NCBI GenBank assembly: GCA_951406725.2
Contig: OX597817.1
Location: forward strand, 126,356,001-126,420,000
Direction: 5' to 3'
Length of the DNA: 64,000 nucleotides
Origin: Octopus vulgaris
Lineage: Eukaryota
Position numbers and translations under genes: made by a program. Position 1 is the stretch's first letter; every line of letters starts with the position of its first letter. The notes beneath the pieces are model-generated. The model did not search any database, was not told the DNA's origin, and saw only the letters and a program-made list of their open reading frames with translations. Shown in pieces: positions 29,229-37,795 of this stretch.

Positions 29229-30341
29229 CATTTTTGTTTCTGTTGATATATCACTTGAAGGTCTCGCGGTCCTAATATATTTCCAAGGTACTTGTATGTT
29301 CATTGTAAATATCAAGCACATATGTTAATAAATATAGCATCTTGATATTAATATTTGACATTCTGTATGCTTTTACCTTAAACAAAAGATTACAGTAGAA
29401 GAAATTATCTGTCAAGTTGACGTTATTCTGAAAGAGTCATTTGCAACTTTTAATTAATTTCTTATATACTCTAATGGAGACAAACCAAGAAACAAAATTA
29501 AACAGACCGAAGTGAAAATGTCATGTAGATTTTTTTCCATAAGATGATTAAAAGAAATGCATTTAATTCTTCATTTCCCATTTTAAATAGTTGGAGTCTC
29601 TCACATACTTGAGCGTCAACACTGAAATTATCTTCAATACAACACCTCTATTGTGACTTTCAAATTATAGTGAACTATGTAGTAAGACCGTAAGTAAATG
29701 ATTCTGACCTACCATCAATAAATAATCAAGTCGAGAAACAATTTAAAGTTTACTTTTCATTCACTAAGTTAATGACAATCAAGCCTAAAACGTTCAATAT
29801 CAGAAGAAATTAATTTCAAATGTAAGACTCTTTTTATTATGTAAATTCCAAATTTATCATCATAAAATTATGTAGTTCAGATGAGGCTTTATAGCAAAAA
29901 GCTGTTTGTTTCTCTTACGATGCATAGGGTTCGAAGGTGTAAATAATACAGTAAGCGATGCATTTTCTCAACTGATATTTTTGCACCGTTTTAGTACATT
30001 TAATACAAATTAGGTGTTCTTCCTTGAAACGCTGGTCTTTCCTATATCCCCTTCTCTTCAAGTGATTTTCTTTTCATTAATTGTCTCTACATCCCTCATA
30101 TAAGTCGTCAAAGAATTTCTTCTTCTTTTACAACTTCCAGACACTTTCACTCAGCCCACGTCTAATTCACTCATACGTTCTGAAGAATAGTATAATTTTA
30201 CCAATTTTAAAGAATATCCATATCATTCGCATTCAAAATTTCAAGTTTACCCAGGACTTTCGGTCTTAGCAGTAAGAAAGACATGCCATAAAAACAAGCA
30301 GACATAAAGACAAACACACACACACACACATACACACACAC

Positions 30342-30428
<87 letters not shown>

Positions 30429-30653
30429 TAATCAATATAGGGTGGCAAAAAAAATTTTGTAGAATTCTTTTGCCACCAGCGGCCTAGTGGGAAAAAATTA
30501 AATAGTCATAAACCATTTTTAAGTTCAACATCAACAATCAAGGAACGGCCATAATAGGCCATTTATCCACTAGAAATAACAGCCAAAAGCTTTAACCGCA
30601 TAATAACGTCAATTCCGTAAACCAGGAGAAAATTGAAAAACATTTACCCTGTA

Positions 30654-30760
30654 ATTTCTTAGACGATGCACCGTTTCATCTTCTGTTTAATGGAAAACTA
30701 ACCTGATTAAATTAAATCAAGCCAATATACCATAGGCCCTTAGATTCATCAGTAAGAAAT
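30654..30760 (-). ncRNA. type I hammerhead ribozyme in the inverted unit
   Basis: Reverse complement of the array HHR with intact core: TCATCAG 30746-30752, GACGATGCACCGTTTC from 30662. Confidence 0.9.
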
Positions 30761-31244
30761 AGCCAAACCGGAACAGATATTTTTCACGAGGTATTCTCAT
30801 TGCTACCTCGTCAATATCTGACCTAAAATTTTCAAATTTAGGTGCATCGTCTAAGAAATTACAGGGTAAATGTTTTTCAATTTTCTCCTGGTTTACGGAA
30901 TTGACGTTATTTTGCGGTTAAAGCTTTTGGCTGTTATTTCTAGTGGGTGAATGGCCTATTATGGCCGTTCCTTGATTGTTGATGTTGAACTTAAAAATGG
31001 TTTATGACTATTTAATTTTTTCCCACTAGGCCGCTGGTGACAAAAGAATTCTACAAAATTTTTTTTGCCACCCTATATTGATTAATTATGAATTTTCTGG
31101 TTAATTCCGTAATGGAATCGGCGGCTTATATTTATTTGCTGCCGTTAAATTTGGCGCGAGTGCGACGATTTGAAAATTTTAGGTCAGATATTGACGAGGT
31201 AGCAATGAGAATACCTCGTGAAAAATATCTGTTCCGGTTTGGCT

Positions 31245-31351
31245 ATTTCTTACTGATGAATCTAAGGGCCTATGGTAGTTTGGCTTGATTTAATTTAATC
31301 AGGTTAGTTTTCCATTAAACAGAAGATGAAACGGTGCATCGTCTAAGAAAT
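31245..31351 (+). ncRNA. type I hammerhead ribozyme, unit 1 (repeated at 31738-31844, 32231-32337, 32723-32829, 33216-33322, 33708-33814)
   Basis: Stem I ATTTCTTA/TAAGAAAT (8 bp), CTGATGA 31253-31259, stem II closed by ATCT/AGAT with a long internal hairpin, GAA, stem III ACGGTGCATCGT, GUC cleavage triplet ending 31343. Confidence 0.93.
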
Positions 31352-33934
31352 TACAGGGTAAATGTTTTTCAATTTTCTCCTGGTTTACGGAATTGACGTT
31401 ATTTTGTGGTTAAAGCTTTTGGCTGTTATTTCTAGTGGGTGAATGGCCTATTATGGCCGTTCCTTGATTGTTGATGTTGAACTTAAAAATGGTTTATGAC
31501 TATTTAATTTTTTCCCACTAGGCCGCTGGTGGCAAAAGAATTCTACAAAATTTTTTTTTGCCACCCTATATTGATTAATTATGAATTTTCTGGTTAATTC
31601 CGTAATGGAATCGGCGGCTTATATTCATATGCTGCCGTTAAATTTGGCGCGAGTTGTACGATTTGAAAATTTTAGGTCAGATATTGACGAGGTAGCAATG
31701 AGAATACCTCGTGAAAAATATCTGTTCCGGTTTGGCTATTTCTTACTGATGAATCTAAGGGCCTATGGTAGATTGGCTTGATTTAATTTAATCAGGTTAG
31801 TTTTCCATTAAACAGAAGATGAAACGGTGCATTGTCTAAGAAATTACAGGGTAAATGTTTTTCAATTTTCTCCTGGTTTACGGAATTGACGTTATTTTGC
31901 GGTTAAAGCTTTTGGCTGTTATTTCTAGTGGGTGAATGGCCTATTATGGCCGTTCCTTGATTGTTGATGTTGAACTTAAAAATGGTTTATGACTATTTAA
32001 TTTTTTCCCACTAGGCCGCTGGTGGCAAAAGAATTCTACAAAATTTTTTTTAGCCACCCTATATTGATTAATTATGAATTTTCTGGTTAATTCCGTAATG
32101 GAATCTGCGGCTTATATTTATTTGCTGCCGTTAAATTTTGCGCGAGTTCGACGATTTGAAAATTTTAGGTCAGATATTGACGAGGTAGCAATGAGAATAC
32201 CTCGTGAAAAATATCTGTTCCGGTTTGGCTATTTCTTACTGATGAATCTAAGGGCCTATGGTAGATTGGCTTGATTTAATTTAATCAGGTTAGTTTTCCA
32301 TTAAACAGAAGATGAAACGGTGCATCGTCTAAGAAATTACAGGGTAAATGTTTTTCAATTTTCTCCTGGTTTACGGAATTGACGTTATTATGCGGTTAAA
32401 GCTTTTGGCTGTTATTTCTAGTGGGTGAATGGCCTATTATGGCCGTTCCTTGATTGTTGATGTTGAACTTAAAAATGGTTTATGACTATTTAATTTTTTC
32501 CCACTAGGCCGCTGGTGACAAAAGAATTCTACAAAATTTTTTTTGCCACCCTATATTGATTAATTATGAATTTTCTGGTTAATTCCGTAATGGAATCGGC
32601 GGCTTATATTTATTTGCTGCCGTTAAATTTGGCGCGAGTGCGACGATTTGAAAATTTTAGGTCAGATATTGACGAGGTAACAATGAGAATACCTCGTGAA
32701 AAATATCTGTTCCGGTTTGGCTATTTCTTACTGATGAATCTAAGGGCCCATGGTAGATTGGCTTGATTTAATTTAATCAGGTTAGTTTTCCATTAAACAG
32801 AAGATGAAACGGTGCATTGTCTAAGAAATTACAGGGTAAATGTTTTTCAATTTTCTCCTGGTTTACGGAATTGACGTTATTTTGCGGTTAAAGCTTTTGG
32901 CTGTTATTTCTAGTGGGTGAATGGCCTATTATGGCCGTTCCTTGATTGTTGATGTTGAACTTAAAAATGGTTTATGACTATTTAATTTTTTCCCACTAGG
33001 CCGCTGGTGGCAAAAGAATTCTACAAAATTTTTTTTAGCCACCCTATATTGATTAATTATGAATTTTCTGGTTAATTCCGTAATGGAATCTGCGGCTTAT
33101 ATTTATTTGCTGACGTTAAATTTTGCGCGAGTTCGACGATTTGAAAATTTTAGGTCAGATATTGACGAGGTAGCAATGAGAATACCTCGTGAAAAATATC
33201 TGTTCCGGTTTGGCTATTTCTTACTGATGAATCTAAGGGCCTATGGTAGATTGGCTTGATTTAATTTAATCAGGTTAGTTTTCCATTAAACAGAAGATGA
33301 AACGGTGCATCGTCTAAGAAATTACAGGGTAAATGTTTTTCAATTTTCTCCTGGTTTACGGAATTGACGTTATTATGCGGTTAAAGCTTTTGGCTGTTAT
33401 TTCTAGTGGGTGAATGGCCTATTATGGCCGTTCCTAGATTGTTGATGTTGAACTTAAAAATGGTTTATGACTATTTAATTTTTTCCCACTAGGCCGCTGG
33501 TGGCAAAAGAATTCTACAAAATTTTTTTTGCCACCCTATATTGATTAATTATGAATTTTCTGGTTAATTCCGTAATGGAATCGGCGGCTTATATTTATTT
33601 GCTGCCGTTAAATTTGGCGCGAGTGCGACGATTTGAAAATTTTAGGTCAGATATTGACGAGGTAACAATGAGAATACCTCGTGAAAAATATCTGTTCCGG
33701 TTTGGCTATTTCTTACTGATGAATCTAAGGGCCCATGGTAGATTGGCTTGATTTAATTTAATCAGGTTAGTTTTCCATTAAACAGAAGATGAAACGGTGC
33801 ATCGTCTAAGAAATTACAGGGTAAATGTTTTTCAATTTTCTCCTGGTTTACGGAATTGACGTTATTTTGCGGTTAAAGCTTTTGGCTGTTATTTCTAGTG
33901 GGTGAATGGCCTATTATGGCCGTTACTTGATTGT

Positions 33935-33981
<47 letters not shown>

Positions 33982-33989
33982 TATATATA

Positions 33990-34198
33990 GTTAATCCAAA
34001 CAAGAAAGCACAATAAACACAACAACGCGAGGACGTGGAACAAATATAGTATTATTGGACGCTCAGGAAAGAAGGAAAGAAGGAAGGTCCAACGTTTCGA
34101 GCGGAGCTCTTCGTCGGAAACATAGGAGAAGGAAAGATCCAGAGAAGGGGAAGACAGAGGAAAAAATCGCCAACGGTACACACGGGGTCACATTTTGA
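33990..34198 (-). mobile_element. PLE-type terminal repeat with hammerhead-like motif, between (TA)n tracts
   Basis: Minus strand CCGACGA-A-GAGC-TCC-GCTC-GAAACGTT (~34091-34117); 3' end GTTTGGATTAAC(TA)n as at 12840-12953. Confidence 0.65.
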
Positions 34199-34450
34199 TA
34201 TATATATATGCATATACTTATATATATATATATATATATATATCTTTATGACGAGCTTAGATTGGCTTGCCTAGGTACCAAGCAGTTGGACCTAACCCGG
34301 AACAATGTGTTTGGGAAGCAAGCTTCTCACCACATATCCAACTCTGCGCCTATCCACACAATCGCACCTATACATCACAATTCTCCTACGAACAGGGACA
34401 TGAAACTCTGATTAACATTTTTGTGATAATATTTCATCTTTCAAATATAT

Positions 34451-34797
34451 ATCATCATCATCATCATCATCGTTTAATGTCCGTTTTCCATGCTAGCATG
34501 GGTTGGGCAGTTCAACTGGGGTCTGGAAAGCCAGAAGGCTGCGCCGGGCCCAGTCTGATCTGGCAGTTTTTCTACAGCTGGATGCTCTTCCTAACGCCAA
34601 CCACTGCGTGAGTGTAGTGGATGCTTTTTATGTGCCACCTGTACAGGTGCCAGACGAGGCTGGCAAACAGCCACGATCGGATGGTGCTTTTTACGTGTCA
34701 CCGGCATGGAGGCCAGTCGGGGCAGCGCTGGCAACGGCCACGTTCGGATGATTCTCTTACGTGCCATCGGCACTGGTATCACAGCTACAATTTCCAT
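34451..34797 (-). mobile_element. family-C SINE with (ATG)n tail
   Basis: (CAT)n 34451-34471; GGATGCTCTTCCTAACGCCAACC; internal repeats GCTTTTTAYGTGYCACC; GC-rich relative to flanks. Confidence 0.75.
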
Positions 34798-34929
34798 TAT
34801 ATATATATATATTATTATTTCTGGGTTCTGTTTTTACTGGTTTTCTGCTAAAGGGCAAAATTGTCGTGCTAGAGAACCACCTTTCAGCGTGACTAAATTT
34901 CTTCTTTGATTTGTTTGTGGCGAAAGAAT

Positions 34930-35200
34930 GATTGAGTCGTAGCGTCTCTTCTTAGTGCCTCACGACTTGATATGAGTCCATCTGGTATCCAAAATGAAAA
35001 ATTTTCCTGACACTCTTCGTACAACCTACAAATTGATACGTTGCAAATATATAAGACTGTATGGCAGAATGTTGGATAGTTGCGGAAGTTTGTAAAAGCG
35101 GTTTTTTATGTAGTGTGTCCTTATTCATGATGTAGATGAGGTCTATCGTAATATGCAATGCCCACCAATCCGTCGGTTGGTATAGCTATTAATTCCAAAA
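34930..35200 (-). pseudogene. possible highly decayed Ty3/gypsy RT fragment
   Basis: Minus strand LHITIDLIYIMNKDTLHKKPLLQTSATI loosely resembles LR.C.D...LN....R....LPT...I; weak similarity only. Confidence 0.25.
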
Positions 35201-35950
35201 TTAGGAGCTAGATCTTCCAGGATCTTGCATGTGTATGTCACTGTATATCTGTTACACATATTTTCTAGCGTGTAGAGTATCAGATCATTTACCCTCTCCC
35301 ATTAGCACATCTTATTTCACCAAGTCAATATTTGTGGTGTAGTAGTGACGTTGGGTTACCTCCATTTTCGCTACCACTTTGACCACAGCCAGGAGCAGCA
35401 ATCGAGGCGATCGAGAGCGAAAGTTCTCTCTAGGAATAGCTTGCAATTATTTTCCTGGTTCTGAATAATCTCAGAATCAATTTAGCTCGTTGTCTGAAAT
35501 TGCTGCCATCTTGATAATATGCACATGGACTATTGAATTATTATCAATGTGGATTGCCAGGTCACGCCCCGACATGGAAACGAATACGCACATTTCTTAC
35601 TAAATATAGATAATATTCTGTATTTACGGCATTCAGACGTAGTTGTGAAATGCGTACACTTAGGTATACATACATGCACAAAAATAACAAACGACAGTCT
35701 AGTCACACGATTTCACATACATAATTATATATGCTTGTATATATGAATTTTCGAATAATAATTATAAGATATTTAATTAAGTTCTCTGTGGTTATTATGG
35801 ATACTATCTTTTCAATATTGATGGAATAAAAAATAGCGGTTTGTCTCTAAATAATACATATATAATATATTGGGAATTTTGATTTAGTGTGCTAAATTGA
35901 AATTTCTTTCCCTGCTAGCTTGGAATTATTACATTCCGCAAGTATTAATA

Positions 35951-36012
<62 letters not shown>

Positions 36013-36014
<2 letters not shown>

Positions 36015-37030
36015 TTTATTAAAACGTAGCAAAAATATCACGAAAACTGTTACTCAGAAATTCACGTTCCCGTTCGTCGGACTGTTTTGTTTAGAATGAA
36101 ACAAAAAAAAAACATAAGCAAAAATATACAATTATTTTAATAGATAAACATTTGAAATTGCTTTCGTTTCATTGGTCCTTTCGAAACAGTAGAATTGCAA
36201 TGCAAAATAACTATGACGTTTAAAGTCAAATTCAAAGGTGAGAGTCAAAAAGATATTTCGAAAGTCAAAATATTTTACCCATAGGTTATTTTGTCAGTTG
36301 ACATTTTAAACTTTGCGGCGGGCCTGCAAGAATTTAAAAGCTCGTGTCTCTGGTTGAAAGCATTTGTATCAGAGAATAGGATGCAGAACTCTTCTTAGAG
36401 GCCGTAATTCTTCTAAGAAGCCGTTCTTCTTAAGAAACTAGTAATGTAGGAAGGCGAATATCATCAATTTCTTCGGATGAGACAGCATTTCAAAATGTAG
36501 CACCGTATTACAAAACTGCACTAAGGGAAAGTGGATTCTCAGAGAAGATCCAGTATAATCAAGGTAGTGCTAGCAGCAATAGGCCACGTGGAACTAGCAC
36601 TAGGAAATGTTTGTGGTTTAACCCCGCATTTAATATTGCCATAAAAACTAATATAGGTAGGGAATTCTTATAAGTAGTTTCTAAGCGTTTGCAATATAGC
36701 CATAAGTTCTATAGAATATTTAATAGAACACGGAAGCATCACACGCAAATTATTACAGACAACTACAGTGCCGAATCTAGTCTTGAAGGAAAACGCCTTG
36801 AAACAGGTATTCTTTATAGAGCCAAAGGGCAAAGAGGTGGTTCTCAAGAATATGAAACATATACAGGGGCGTCGGAAAATTCATTCAAGACTCGATTCTA
36901 TTCCCACCGAAATTCTTTCCGACACTCCGAGAACAGGCCAGCGATTAGTCGTGCAAAGCATGTCTGGGAAATGAAAGAGAATGACACCTGTCCTTTCAAT
37001 GTAACCTCATGTTTGCGCTTTAATATCTAG
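36013..37030. mobile_element. decayed Penelope-like element, probably Naiad-type, with a 5' inversion
   Basis: + strand 36450-37030: RRISSISSDETAF..YKTALRESGF..LWFNPAFNIAIKTNIGREFL..FYRIFNR and GIY-YIG ILYRA..YTGASENSFKTRFYSHRNSF..KHVWEMKE. - strand 36013-36430: ORF end EEFCILFSDTNAFNQRHELLNSCR then terminal repeat with HHR, joined to (TA)n. Confidence 0.85.
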
Positions 37031-37206
37031 TACACCGGACAGTTTTTGTAATATTTTGTAGATATACGTTATGATGTATATACTTACTTTGATGTGATGA
37101 TATGTCTCTATGTATTTATATGTATGAATGTATTGTAAGCATGCATATGTATGTATATGTATATGTGTGTGGGCGTATACATGTGTGTGTATGTGTATAT
37201 ATATAT

Positions 37207-37254
<48 letters not shown>

Positions 37255-37288
37255 GTATTGGTGAGCATCCTTTTTATCGCGGGAGACA

Positions 37289-37795
37289 ATGGAATTGCGC
37301 ATTTGTCGCATTTGTCGCATTGTCGCATTTAAGACCGCGGATTCTGCCACCCATGAAGTCATTGCCATTGGGGTGCCAGAAGACATGGCTGATCTTCAGG
37401 CTTTTGCTGCCAACTCAGCCAAAGACATAGGCTGCGTTTCCCCAACGGGTGCTATCCGCCTTGGACGACCTGGCCCAAAACCTAGGCTCATCAAGTTGTC
37501 TTTTACGGACCCCACTGAGGCAACCTCTTACCATCTGGCCTCAGTTAAAGCTGGGCGGGAAAATCGGACCACCTTCCGAACACGCCCAGGCTTACCGTCC
37601 GATGTACGTCCGAAGCTACGTGTAGTGGCTTCCCTGAATAGGAACTCAGCTCTACAGGAAAGCTTCAGTCTTCGGGAAGATGGACACATCTGGAGATTTG
37701 TCAAGACTGCTGAAACGTGGAAGAGAGATACCAGCTGGTCTGAGTGCTCTCTACCCACAATAACTAAAAAGACTACAGCAACTCAGGGAAACTAA
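37289..37795 (+). CDS. LINE ORF1 (168 aa, RRM-like CR1 ORF1 C-terminal type)
   Basis: [31 protein letters not shown] matches the I.GVPE..RLG....RPR.I.V.F..IRPDL pattern; ends QGN*. Confidence 0.8.
   Translation: MELRICRICRIVAFKTADSATHEVIAIGVPEDMADLQAFAANSAKDIGCVSPTGAIRLGRPGPKPRLIKLSFTDPTEATSYHLASVKAGRENRTTFRTRPGLPSDVRPKLRVVASLNRNSALQESFSLREDGHIWRFVKTAETWKRDTSWSECSLPTITKKTTATQGN

Larger units (their letters stand above)
30428..33938 (+). mobile_element. non-LTR retrozyme-like tandem array: ~6.3 forward units of 492-493 bp (30841-33938) preceded by an inverted 410-bp partial unit (30428-30837), inside (TA)n
   Basis: Unit period from identical landmarks is 492/493; each unit has a full hammerhead with C17 at 31343, 31836, 32329, 32821, 33314 and 33806 (half site 30851; inverted copy 30662); (TA)n on both flanks. 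Confidence 0.92.

Noticed and set aside
31528-31570. Hairpin followed by CTATA as a Helitron 3' end
   Set aside because: CTATA is not CTRR, the hairpin abuts it without the usual spacer, and no 5' TC end is evident. Helentron-type tandem repeats are not formally excluded.
31088-33751. Six copies of a 66-aa ORF (MNFLVNSVMESAAY...) as a tandem gene family or circRNA-encoded peptide
   Set aside because: No recognisable domain. Units are nearly identical, so ORF retention is uninformative. Most differences change amino acids, and the frame overlaps the ribozyme, which explains the conservation. Ribo-seq could reopen this.
30841-33938. CRISPR array, rDNA or plain centromeric satellite
   Set aside because: No unique spacers or cas genes, eukaryotic context, and no rRNA or 5S similarity. 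The intact ribozyme and inverted end fit a retrozyme better.
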